64,000 nt of DNA, from the IMG/VR virus record IMGVR_UViG_3300027971_000001; one strand, given 5' to 3'. This DNA comes from a virus (taxonomy: Duplodnaviria; Caudoviricetes). Position numbers and translations under genes: made by a program. This document shows positions 37,701-47,060 of this stretch, piece by piece. The notes beneath the pieces are model-generated. The model made no database searches and was not told the origin of the DNA. It saw only the letters and a list, made by a program, of their open reading frames with translations. Positions within the stretch are counted from its first letter, which is position 1. Each line of letters starts with the position of its first letter.

Positions 37701-37980
37701 TTGCATCTATACCGTTGCTTATGTATGTTACAAACCCATTTCCTTTTTGTGCTGGATTCATCAAAGAAAATGATTCTTCAAATTTAATTGAAGATGTCAA
37801 AACCATATTGGAATAATTGTTATTTTTTTGATCGTATGATTTTGAAAAAAATTCAGGAAAAGCAAAATTCATGCATGAATCACTGAAGATCTTTTGTTGA
37901 ACTGTGTCCAAATCCCTGTCTTGAACATAGGAAACTCCCATGTTCGACCAATTATTTTTATCAAAAACTCTGACAGGCAT
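34708..37980 (-). CDS. Large virion protein (about 1090 aa) with propeller and LamG-like segments
   Basis: HEFALTLDSVNGNCILFVDGQ is LamG-like; start 37980 lies 5 nt after AATAAATA. Confidence 0.7.
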   Translation of the reverse strand: MPVRVFDKNNWSNMGVSYVQDRDLDTVQQKIFSDSCMNFAFPEFFSKSYDQKNNNYSNMVLTSSIKFEESFSLMNPAQKGNGFVTYISNGIDAIKESSQRYWSINPTVSSNYLDITTNNFFGGKNPNYYFEIDFLPNNLCRISHEYYNNKYYLNLNFLNNNVYLLSGSSDIFNSNSLYQQAFEYIFDNINNCITFFYRKNNNVYTLTRSSSSLTFLPLSGSDIQFTVDNTFNILPIKFNLISTLSSFWYSYTKEFDTNNLNVDCSKSENTKNQIVFHSEFNNITSAEIPYNFFTEKNPLTPKSENVFVSENKQVRNYVSLNTGSFQEKGNLKFSQNYLSKINEYLFAPGKISYFHTPLDMGEYNFININDSSLAESGAIYSDTPEFSDKIWKKLSNYKDTSNFGNPRGEVNGTWLCSWLSGSCDPTTRPIWYDRYFLPNKTTRQTAFSANDVFSYESYYDCITNEATTPTEIFDIKSQMTFEPYCLYAYYRIGKNDIDEYINKNNSSILFNGIDQYLQTNGTILASENGVYKFSGSQYGINETINSKSFDNCFSFLFTLASKSFDNPFGHEIIGNYKNRGFGIYSDRSVTPFIRIISDNKLYIYNQEFGFIDSITFNNPLINIVQLESLDDYFVLDKTGELFQINSQNTIFDSTQYNPLSSTISNFSDETYTFFLVSPKGDFVSYNRRTEELGYNNFTRFYSTTPMVSAQSIKRIGSGVYIIDGTDAEIREGVRIFYKSNGEILEWNVSTNNIETRFYNTSGNIMTFTIDDNQNFFIFDNKSTCYVHNSGGFVITTFSLPSSAQNVVASDFGSSYIKGENTTTIYAVCSSTNTIASINTKTFQVNENPIAFNYALSGCLLSPITNSLYNHEILDVNYPKNTISVRINLPNIYPSENPEELNLKFDASQLKFGNHEFALTLDSVNGNCILFVDGQIVDSKTFDQGKYALSQIISEPFTYGATQYFAGINLYEKLKISDAFTIKNLEIKDVFFFTKALDYYSIRLLQKYSKNIQPLMLNLPAENRNYTDTIEKFFRQRIPYHKSPAVDISINNSKITDPNAKAYIQKQLNSIILNNFPYLTQIKNIVWRENI

Positions 37981-37991
37981 AAAATTATTTA

Positions 37992-38876
37992 TTAATATAT
38001 CGGGGCAACACAACTAATTGGAACCAAATAAGTTGAGTTGAATACATCAACTCCTATCATTATATCATTGTTTACAATTGTTATAAGGGCACAATATGCG
38101 GTTAATGGAGGTATATTTGGATATATTGGCTGAGTTGTTAAAGCAGGAACAATTGTAATTGCAAATTGAAGAGGTGGAAGTTCGGGGCGCACAATAACAG
38201 GAGGAATAAACAAATAATCACCTGTTCCCAAAACACCATAATTAATATCCAAAAGTTGTGAACCTTGCAAAGTTAGTAGATAATTTCTGTTATCATCCAA
38301 TAACTGATAATTCAAAATTTTATAATCTAAAATAGGATTGATTATGCTGGGTTGTGTTGCACTTAAATGAACAACAAATACATCCACATAAAAGTTTTCC
38401 CGATAACAGCTGATTATTGCTGTATGGGCAGTGATGAAATCTTCCCCGGTTTCATAAATTCCTGTAATCGAATCTAGTGTAGTAGAACTAGGATTTGTTA
38501 AATCTATGAATTTTTCAACATATTGATTGTTAATATCCGCTGTTATTTTTTGTATTTTATATAATGTTTGATCTACACCAGATAACGAAAATGTTATTTG
38601 AACAGGTGCTGTGAACAAAAATTCATCCTGTTCGTATCTGTGTATCACAATATTTTCAGATGCCGAAAATGTTGAAGTGTTTGTATAAGCAGATAATGGT
38701 AATGCAGAAAGCGATGGAAGTGCACTCAATGAACGGAAAGTTCCAGAACAAAGAACATTAGTATATGTAAAATTATATCCAAATATCGGATCACGATAAA
38801 CATAACCGTCAATTGTGCCGTAACTGACAAAATTTTCTCCCGCCGTCAAATAAATTGTTCCTGTGTTATATTTCAT
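37992..38876 (-). CDS. Hypothetical virion protein
   Basis: 294 aa beta-rich ORF in the structural block, with a Pro-rich linker and Cys-bracketed C-terminal module. Confidence 0.7.
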   Translation of the reverse strand: MKYNTGTIYLTAGENFVSYGTIDGYVYRDPIFGYNFTYTNVLCSGTFRSLSALPSLSALPLSAYTNTSTFSASENIVIHRYEQDEFLFTAPVQITFSLSGVDQTLYKIQKITADINNQYVEKFIDLTNPSSTTLDSITGIYETGEDFITAHTAIISCYRENFYVDVFVVHLSATQPSIINPILDYKILNYQLLDDNRNYLLTLQGSQLLDINYGVLGTGDYLFIPPVIVRPELPPLQFAITIVPALTTQPIYPNIPPLTAYCALITIVNNDIMIGVDVFNSTYLVPISCVAPIY

Positions 38877-38877
38877 T

Positions 38878-40797
38878 TTATATTCCTGTTAATGGACATA
38901 CCAAAGGACTTAAGATATCCAAACCATTGATTGAATATAATGGTATGCTGCTATCTACAATTTCTACTAATGCACAATATGAACTCAAAGGAACAACCGG
39001 AGGTTTCGGACATTGGATTGTCAAAACATATCCACTTAAATCTATTTTCTTCAAGAAAGAAACTGGCAATGGATTCAACAATTGTATGACACAAGGAGGA
39101 ACAACAGGTGCAGGAACATATGCAGGATCGCAATTTAAATTATAAACAGATATTCCATTTGTTGATCGTGCAGCCAGAATTTTACCTTTAATATCCATGT
39201 TAGATCCCAAACGAACATTAGGAGTTAGTGATATGGGTGGATATGTTTTTAACAATAATAAAGATTCATTAGATTCTGAATAGTCATAAATATCGATTAA
39301 TCCAGCATTTGAATTGAGCGAAACTGTATTTCCAGGACGGCTAATGCCTAATGTTGTGTCACTGATTGAAATGGCAGAACCATATTTTGCATCAGGATTA
39401 TCTCCTGCAGAAAGCTGAATGGAATATGACCATACGTTTGTGGTTTGATTTTTTGTAAAAACAAAAACAGCACCGTCAGAACTATATAAACAACCTTTAT
39501 AAGGGGCACTTATTGCGGCAAAATAATCACCCATTGCGATTGAATAACCAAATCCTTCAGAAGAATTTGATATGCCGGAAAGATAAAACACACTGCTATA
39601 ATTTCCTAAACCATCTTTTTCAAATATTTGTGCAGATCCATCGATATAAGATATGATACCTTGATTGTTTTTAAATTTAATATTTGTTGGAATTGAAGAA
39701 AGGGTTGTAATTGATGAATAGTAATTCCAATCGTAGTTGTTTCTTTTGTATATTTCTACAGATGAAAGAGTGGAAAGAAATACATAGTCATTGTCTATGC
39801 TTCCATGAAATCCAAATCCAGAAACATTATTTGAATATACAGTATATTCTTTTACAACATTTCTTCCTAAATTTCTATAAATGTCAATAGAATTATTGAG
39901 TGTGTTTCTTACAAGCAATTTATCATTTGAATTATCCAGGAAGTTTTCAATAATTGAAGCATCATAATTTATTGTTTGACGCTCATCATAAGGAGCGGTG
40001 CTTGAAGTGGTAAGAATATAATCATTAAAAGACTTGTTTCCTGATTTTTCAGAAAATAAATTATTAGAACCTAAAAACAATTTTGAAGTTTGACCAACAC
40101 TAAACACATTTGTTCGTATAAATTGCAAACAGGTGGATAAGGTTGCATCTAAAATATTGTCCACATTCTGTTCAAATCCGTAGCAATCAAATTCTTTAAT
40201 TTTAAAAACTGTTGTATCATCCGGAGAAATAAAATTACAGGCTATTCGATATGAAGTTTGTTTTCTTTTATCCAGATAGGTTTGAGCCAATGTTACAAAA
40301 TTATCTGGGGAAATCATTTTTTGAACTTTAACCAAACGGCCATGTTCTGTTAAAACAACACGAATTGTTGTATAAATTGCATTATTTTCAGTTGTATAAT
40401 TTTGACCCAATACAATATTGGAGAATGATGAAAGATTTTCAGTATAAGTTAAAAGAGGATAGTCATCAAATTCTGGACCCCTAATAGCTATTGTATTTGG
40501 ATTGTTTTTATAATCACCATCATTTCTTCCGTCACCTTTTTTGGAAAATTCTCCTGTAACGTCTAATCCAATACCTATATATGCACCTTTTAAACCCTCA
40601 TATCCTGTATATGGCGAATAACCTAATGATCCATTTATTCCCCCTCCATATGGTGAAGACAAAGAATCTTCATAAAATGCAATCGATATTCCTCCTGAAC
40701 AGGACGATACTGGATTAAAAATAGAAAAGGTCAACGATGTCGCAATATCATGGCGACTATCGAATGATTTTTCGTTATATATCCTATTGAATTGCAT
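38878..40797 (-). CDS. Virion protein: L-type lectin-like domain plus FG-GAP-like propeller
   Basis: GGISIAFY...GGGINGSLGY...IGIGLDVTGEFS...NTIAIRG; GFGYSIAM...ISAPY...GAVFVF and KYGSAISIS repeats. Confidence 0.7.
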   Translation of the reverse strand: MQFNRIYNEKSFDSRHDIATSLTFSIFNPVSSCSGGISIAFYEDSLSSPYGGGINGSLGYSPYTGYEGLKGAYIGIGLDVTGEFSKKGDGRNDGDYKNNPNTIAIRGPEFDDYPLLTYTENLSSFSNIVLGQNYTTENNAIYTTIRVVLTEHGRLVKVQKMISPDNFVTLAQTYLDKRKQTSYRIACNFISPDDTTVFKIKEFDCYGFEQNVDNILDATLSTCLQFIRTNVFSVGQTSKLFLGSNNLFSEKSGNKSFNDYILTTSSTAPYDERQTINYDASIIENFLDNSNDKLLVRNTLNNSIDIYRNLGRNVVKEYTVYSNNVSGFGFHGSIDNDYVFLSTLSSVEIYKRNNYDWNYYSSITTLSSIPTNIKFKNNQGIISYIDGSAQIFEKDGLGNYSSVFYLSGISNSSEGFGYSIAMGDYFAAISAPYKGCLYSSDGAVFVFTKNQTTNVWSYSIQLSAGDNPDAKYGSAISISDTTLGISRPGNTVSLNSNAGLIDIYDYSESNESLLLLKTYPPISLTPNVRLGSNMDIKGKILAARSTNGISVYNLNCDPAYVPAPVVPPCVIQLLNPLPVSFLKKIDLSGYVLTIQCPKPPVVPLSSYCALVEIVDSSIPLYSINGLDILSPLVCPLTGI

Positions 40798-40826
40798 ATA
40801 AATTATTTAATTGTAAATTTCCTTTG

Positions 40827-43601
40827 TCATCTTGGATCTATGTAAATCACATGTTGTCCACTGGCAACATAGGTTATTGAGAAGATATTGATCCCATCTT
40901 GGGCTGTAATAGAGTCATTAATTGTTGTAAAATAATGTTGATTTGATCCGGAGAAGTCATAAACCAGAGTTCCGTATACATCTCTTAAGTTTAATTTTGT
41001 ATTACCTGCAGAAATAGTGAATATATTTGTGATTGTAGAATCACAAACAATAAATGAAGAAACAGTGCTGCTTACTGTCAATGGCTGAGATGCTGCATAA
41101 TAATAGTTAAAAAACTCAGAAGAAGATGATGAACAAACCAAACTGTTAAAATCTTTTTGATTGGCAACGATTGATGAAGATAGTGATATATGTCTGACAG
41201 TTTGTTCTTTTATTCTATCATTATAATTTCTATCATAAATGAATCCACAAGGTTTAAATGATAAGAAATTATCTAGAGCCAGAGTATTAAAAGATCTTTT
41301 AAATTTGTAATTGTTAAGAATTGGTATGCCATTTTTATTGTAACTTTTTACCAATATACCCATTACCTGAGATTCATGACTAATGTTCATCAAACTTCTG
41401 TCATTCAATGAAAGATTGAAGTTTTCCGAACTTAAATTAACAATAAAAGAGCTTAAGCTTTGAATGTTTTCAATTATTGGATAAATTTTTGTAAAATTTA
41501 AACTTTGAATATTTGCTGCAAAAACTTTTGGATAAACTATTTTTTTGCTTGTGGATGAATTTTCCTGAAACAATGTTAAAAATGATAGAAATATATTATT
41601 ACTTTCATCATCATACCAAAAATTTGAATAATTTTCTATGTTAGAATCTGTATTATATTTCTTAAAGTATGTGTTTTTTGTATAAAAACCATTAAATGTG
41701 TTTGTGTCAAAATCAAAATTAATTTTGTCTAATACAATATAATTGGATGTTTCCAAAACAATTGTATTAAAAATCAATTCCATATCTATGATGGAATTTT
41801 CAAGTTCGTTTCTGACTATTGTTGGATATTTTATGAAAATTCCACTTAGAGCAGAACTTAAAGGTAAAACTTTCGTATCATCGTAGGATCTTACAAAAAC
41901 TTGTCCGGGTTGGAAATTCTGTTTCGCATAAAGAGAACATAACGAAGATGTGTTAGTGTCATACAATGATGTTGCTGATGGAAAACGAACATATGTTGAA
42001 ACTGCAGAATAACTATTTGTTAATGAATTTTTAAATAATCCATAATGATTACCAAAAATATCAGTTTTATATTTTGTTAGTATTCCTTTATTATAAAGAA
42101 GATATTTTTTTCTTTCATCCAATGGATAATAATCATCACCAGAGAATTCAAAAACGTCTCTGTTTCTCCAAATAATATTATCATTCCAAAAATCTTGATA
42201 GTCTGTTACTCTAGAAACGCCTTCATCACTATCTTCAGATATTTCAGTTTTTCCTGTATAAGCAAAGAATTTGTGAATTTTTGGTTCGGAATATATTTTT
42301 CCAAATGCATAATCATTAGACCAATCATAACGATTCCATTGCAAATCAACTTGATAATCTATTCCGCTTAATGTTTGATCGGATAGTGACAATCCAGAAG
42401 CGTTTGAGCCAACTTCAGGATCTGGAATTAAAATAACTTCTCCTGCAGACAAAAATCTAGAAAATGAATATTCTTTTTTATATGTGTTCCAGAATAAAAT
42501 TCCTAGATTATCTTTTGTGAAAAAGTTACCAAGATATTTTTCACGTTGAGCATATGTAATTTCAGGTGTATGTGCGACTGTTGGAAATCTTCTGTTTAAA
42601 ATATTTTGATATGGATATGTGGGAATCAATACATAACTGCTCAAAGGACTGAGAAGATATTGCCCTGATAATCCGACGAGTTTATTTCCCAAATTTCTTT
42701 CATACAATTTTTTATATTCATAAACATTTGTATTGGTCGGATCAGAATTATTATCATAATTTTGAAAGTCTCTAGAATCCAAATAAGAATAATTTGTTGT
42801 AGAAAGATTGAAATTTACAGTAAAATTAGTCAATCCCAGTTCTTTTAAAAAGAAAGGATATGATTCAATCGCTTCGATAATAGCAGCGTTAAGATTAAAA
42901 ATAGAAGTATCATCCACCAATGTGGAGTCTAAATTGAAAAATTCTTTTCGTTCAGGGTCTTGAACATCATAGGATTCATACTTAGATCCTGGTTCAATAT
43001 CAAAATAATACTGTTGTGTGTCATATGCATCATTGATTTGCACGTGAAAATCAGAAAGAACGGATGAAAGAGCAGGCAAACGAACACCAGTGGGTTCAAA
43101 ATCATTGTTTTGAAGTATGGAAACAATTGCTTTTTTAATTAATGTTTCAATTCCAAAATCACTTCCACGCAGATTTGATTGAATAACACCAGTGGTTAAT
43201 GTATCTCTTTTTTGTGCATAATATTGGCATATTTTTTTGATTTTTTTGGTAAAGAAAGGAATTGCAATATCTAAAGATTGATTATCATCAAAATTAATAT
43301 TAGATAAAAATCTTTTTTCGTCGGGAGTTGTATATTTTAAGCTTATTTCTTTTAATAAATTTATATATTGTAAACGGACAAAAGAAGTTTTATCAGATCT
43401 TGAAACATTATAATAATCAAACCATTCGTTTAGATATTTGTTATAAGATGAAATGTAACTGGCAGTATCTGTGCTTGAAATTTTTAGATTTTTAAGCCAA
43501 TCTATTAAACTATATGCTTGAGAAAAATCTCCTGGAACATCAGTATTGTCAGGATTTAATACTGAGTTGTATGGGATATAATTTTGTAAATTTGTCTCCA
43601 T
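40827..43601 (-). CDS. Large virion/baseplate-associated protein (924 aa)
   Basis: Long ORF co-oriented between the baseplate wedge genes and lectin proteins. Confidence 0.7.
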   Translation of the reverse strand: METNLQNYIPYNSVLNPDNTDVPGDFSQAYSLIDWLKNLKISSTDTASYISSYNKYLNEWFDYYNVSRSDKTSFVRLQYINLLKEISLKYTTPDEKRFLSNINFDDNQSLDIAIPFFTKKIKKICQYYAQKRDTLTTGVIQSNLRGSDFGIETLIKKAIVSILQNNDFEPTGVRLPALSSVLSDFHVQINDAYDTQQYYFDIEPGSKYESYDVQDPERKEFFNLDSTLVDDTSIFNLNAAIIEAIESYPFFLKELGLTNFTVNFNLSTTNYSYLDSRDFQNYDNNSDPTNTNVYEYKKLYERNLGNKLVGLSGQYLLSPLSSYVLIPTYPYQNILNRRFPTVAHTPEITYAQREKYLGNFFTKDNLGILFWNTYKKEYSFSRFLSAGEVILIPDPEVGSNASGLSLSDQTLSGIDYQVDLQWNRYDWSNDYAFGKIYSEPKIHKFFAYTGKTEISEDSDEGVSRVTDYQDFWNDNIIWRNRDVFEFSGDDYYPLDERKKYLLYNKGILTKYKTDIFGNHYGLFKNSLTNSYSAVSTYVRFPSATSLYDTNTSSLCSLYAKQNFQPGQVFVRSYDDTKVLPLSSALSGIFIKYPTIVRNELENSIIDMELIFNTIVLETSNYIVLDKINFDFDTNTFNGFYTKNTYFKKYNTDSNIENYSNFWYDDESNNIFLSFLTLFQENSSTSKKIVYPKVFAANIQSLNFTKIYPIIENIQSLSSFIVNLSSENFNLSLNDRSLMNISHESQVMGILVKSYNKNGIPILNNYKFKRSFNTLALDNFLSFKPCGFIYDRNYNDRIKEQTVRHISLSSSIVANQKDFNSLVCSSSSSEFFNYYYAASQPLTVSSTVSSFIVCDSTITNIFTISAGNTKLNLRDVYGTLVYDFSGSNQHYFTTINDSITAQDGINIFSITYVASGQHVIYIDPR

Positions 43602-43605
43602 AAAA

Positions 43606-46600
43606 TTAATTACCCGAACTTAGCAGTCCTAATCCTAATGATAATTGATAATTTATAAGATTATCTGCTATATTATTTGTATCAAACCAATCAGAATATG
43701 TGCTGATTGTTTGAGAAACTGTTGTTTTTTCACTATCCCAATCAATTAAATTATTATAAAATAAATTATTATTACCTTCATTATATTCAAAAACATCATA
43801 ATAACGTGAAACTTCAATTCCTCCGGTAACATCATCACCCAGAACAAGTGGCCATCCCCATGAAGTATTCACATCACTAAGATGAACAACCTGTGTTGAA
43901 CCGGATAAAAATCCATTTTGGGAAACACCATAATTTGTCAATATGCCATCAGAATAAACTTCACCGAATTTTTCATATAAAACAACTTTACCAGATGTAG
44001 GAACAGTTGAAGTGCTCCAGCTTAATTGTTTTCCAAGATTTTTTCCATAGTTAGGATTGGAAATGGTTTGTTTTTTGTCATAATTTGAATCAAAAAGATT
44101 TGGAGAACCTCTGAAGTAAGAAAGTTTCGTTCCAAGCAAATTAACTAATCTTTGCATATCTGGAGGAAATGGAAAATTATAATTTTGTAAATCCACACCT
44201 ATGAGTGATTCCATGCTTTGTAATGCTTCTAGTTCATTTGCATCCAAATCTGCATTATTTGAAACAAAGTTTGCTATTTTTTCATAGATTCTTTTACCCA
44301 AAGAATTTATAGCACTGTTTTTATTACCAACTATGGGCCCTAAAAATTGATCGAAAAGAACATTTTTGTTTAAAAGAGATTCTTGAAGCACGTATGATTT
44401 GATATTTCCTATAGCATCAAAATTTTCATTTATTTTAGCTAAACCATATCCACCACTAACAGGGTAAATGTTAAACGTGTTGCTTTGACCAGTAACTGTT
44501 CTTGTTCTTGTATTATAATAATATTTGTTTATCCACCGCATTCCTGTCCAATCACCATAAGCCCTTAAATTAGAAGGATCGACATCATCAGTGTTAATTC
44601 TGTTTACATCCACTGTGTTTAAAACTGTAAAAGAATTCAAAGGATACAAATACACACGTCGATCAAAATTATGAACAACCCACAGAATATTTTCAGTATC
44701 ACAAGCAATTGCATTTATACTTTGATATTCTGTTGTAAGATTTGTTCCACTTCCAACAGAAAATGTAGTGGTATCAGTTCCTGTTTTTACACGTAAAATA
44801 TCTTGTTTATTATAAGAAGCATATATATTCTGATCTTTATCAACAGCTAATGGTCCCAAACCGCTATAACCACTTAAAGGATAATTTTCCGAAAGATTAC
44901 CGGAATTGGATTCATATTTATAAAGAAAATCATTACGGTTGGTAATACTTGAATTGTTATTCAAATATGTCATCACAGTCATATAGAGATTATTATCTCG
45001 ATCTATTAACAATTGTTGCGGGCTGAATAATGTTGGGTATTCTTTTGCCCCTAAAAAGTTTCCATTTGGATCGTATTTGATTAGATATCCTTTTAAAGGA
45101 TTTGAATATGCTACCCAAATATTACTATCTAAATCTGTTTCAATGCATGATGGTAAAATAGTAGATTCATCAGCATAAATGCCACTCAAAGGACCGAAAC
45201 CGTAATTTAAAAATGATTCTATGGTAATTCCAGAAAATGCATCTATAGGTTCTCCACTAAATGAATGTAAAATTGAAAAATCAACATTAGGATATGTTGG
45301 ATAAGCTTCAGCATCAATATAACCTGTATCCCTTTGAATTCTTAAGCAAGAACCAGCTGTATATAATGTTACCCAAGCATTTGCCTGTCCGTCTAATGCG
45401 ATAGAAGAAGGTGTTGCACCTGAAAGAGATCCTTGGAAATTTTGATATATGACATTTCCATCTGGGTAAATTCTGGGTGCATTAGATAGATCTATATCAA
45501 AAATAATCTGCCCATTTTTCTTTAATTTTAAGATTCTATCCCGATCAGAATCTGCAAACCAAACAGCATCATCTTCAGAAGGACTTACTGCTATTGCAAA
45601 AGGATTTTTGAGGATTCCTGCAAAAACTGTAGGAGACGATTTTGTACCTGTTAATTGAAGAGAAATAGTTTCCTTACATGCATCATATTCCCTGAATTTA
45701 TTATATCTATAAATATTGGATGCAATATCTGCATTTGATGTTATTGAAATAGAATAAGAATCCAAACCTTGTCCCAACCAAGCATAAGGTGAATCTTTGG
45801 CAAAATATGCAGGATCATAAATTTTTACAGATGCAGTTAATGCCACATTTTCAACCGCATAAGGACTGTTCAAATAACCGGCATAAAATCCACCTGTTCG
45901 ATTTATATTTTTTATATTATTATTTTTGTAAAAATGTATTCCATCAATTACTTTTTGGGAACATACTGAAATTAAATCACATGTTAAATCAAAATAATCT
46001 GTGGATCTGTTAAAATTTAAAAGAGGGTATTGTTTGGTAGTATAATTTTGATTGTCTTTTAACTTAATGAAAAATGAAATTGGGTAATTTTGCCATTTTA
46101 TTTTATTAATATAAAATGATTCATCTGTATAGCCTTCTCCGTCAATTCCATTTGATGTAATGCTTAATGTTTGTGCTGGATTATATCTGATTTTAACTGG
46201 TGTTACGAGTGATGAATAATTTATATAAGGAAGTTTTGAAAAATTTTCTGTATAATTTGAATTTGGAATTTCATTTCTGGAAGGAAATAATGAGAGATCC
46301 AATGAGGCATAAAGAAAAATAGGCGTTTCAGATGTTAGATTTTTAGGATATTGATCAACATAGTAAATGGTTGTTGTTCCACTTGTTCCTGCCAACATCG
46401 ATCCTTCATATGGATATGATGATTCAACTATTTGATTGTTGGATATATAAACATAGATTGGATCAGCAGTTGTTACAGCTGAACTTAAGATGCCAAATCG
46501 GTTTCCAACTTTTTCAACAAAAAAGAAATAAGATTGTAAATGTGCCCATGGATCTTTTACATAATTTTCAAGTTGAAGATAATCCGATTTGCTTCCGCTT

Positions 46601-47052
46601 GCATAAAAATTAATTGTATATCCTGTGGCAGAGACGGTGGGAAGTGATTGCCAAGAATTATATCGTACTATTTCAATAGGATCAGAAACCTGTCCACTGT
46701 TATATGAAGCTATTTTTTCATCATTCAAATAATTAGAATGAATAAAGTCACCTACATAATTAACCGCAGTTACTTGAAAGGTTCGACATGCTTGAACTGT
46801 GTTTCCTGCACTAGTATATCCATAAAATGTGACATCATATACACCGGGCCATGTATAAGAGTGATTTGTACTTAAACTTGTGGAAATTGTCCCGTCCCCA
46901 AAATTCCAAAGACCCTTTTGATCGCTTAAGGAAAGATTATTTGAAGATAGCGATGCAACAAAAGTAAATGGGGTGACATCAAGAGTATAGGTGCTTAATG
47001 ACTCCAAACCTGTGAAGTTTGTTACACTTATGTTTATATAGGTGCATGTCAT
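43606..47052 (-). CDS. Baseplate wedge-associated protein (gp7 position) with PKD domain and beta-propeller
   Basis: WNFGDGTIS...HSYTWPGVYDVTF (PKD); repeated IALDGQANAWV / IETDLDSNIWV / LAVDKDQNIY blades; follows gp6. Confidence 0.7.
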   Translation of the reverse strand: MTCTYINISVTNFTGLESLSTYTLDVTPFTFVASLSSNNLSLSDQKGLWNFGDGTISTSLSTNHSYTWPGVYDVTFYGYTSAGNTVQACRTFQVTAVNYVGDFIHSNYLNDEKIASYNSGQVSDPIEIVRYNSWQSLPTVSATGYTINFYASGSKSDYLQLENYVKDPWAHLQSYFFFVEKVGNRFGILSSAVTTADPIYVYISNNQIVESSYPYEGSMLAGTSGTTTIYYVDQYPKNLTSETPIFLYASLDLSLFPSRNEIPNSNYTENFSKLPYINYSSLVTPVKIRYNPAQTLSITSNGIDGEGYTDESFYINKIKWQNYPISFFIKLKDNQNYTTKQYPLLNFNRSTDYFDLTCDLISVCSQKVIDGIHFYKNNNIKNINRTGGFYAGYLNSPYAVENVALTASVKIYDPAYFAKDSPYAWLGQGLDSYSISITSNADIASNIYRYNKFREYDACKETISLQLTGTKSSPTVFAGILKNPFAIAVSPSEDDAVWFADSDRDRILKLKKNGQIIFDIDLSNAPRIYPDGNVIYQNFQGSLSGATPSSIALDGQANAWVTLYTAGSCLRIQRDTGYIDAEAYPTYPNVDFSILHSFSGEPIDAFSGITIESFLNYGFGPLSGIYADESTILPSCIETDLDSNIWVAYSNPLKGYLIKYDPNGNFLGAKEYPTLFSPQQLLIDRDNNLYMTVMTYLNNNSSITNRNDFLYKYESNSGNLSENYPLSGYSGLGPLAVDKDQNIYASYNKQDILRVKTGTDTTTFSVGSGTNLTTEYQSINAIACDTENILWVVHNFDRRVYLYPLNSFTVLNTVDVNRINTDDVDPSNLRAYGDWTGMRWINKYYYNTRTRTVTGQSNTFNIYPVSGGYGLAKINENFDAIGNIKSYVLQESLLNKNVLFDQFLGPIVGNKNSAINSLGKRIYEKIANFVSNNADLDANELEALQSMESLIGVDLQNYNFPFPPDMQRLVNLLGTKLSYFRGSPNLFDSNYDKKQTISNPNYGKNLGKQLSWSTSTVPTSGKVVLYEKFGEVYSDGILTNYGVSQNGFLSGSTQVVHLSDVNTSWGWPLVLGDDVTGGIEVSRYYDVFEYNEGNNNLFYNNLIDWDSEKTTVSQTISTYSDWFDTNNIADNLINYQLSLGLGLLSSGN

Positions 47053-47060
47053 ATGCCATG

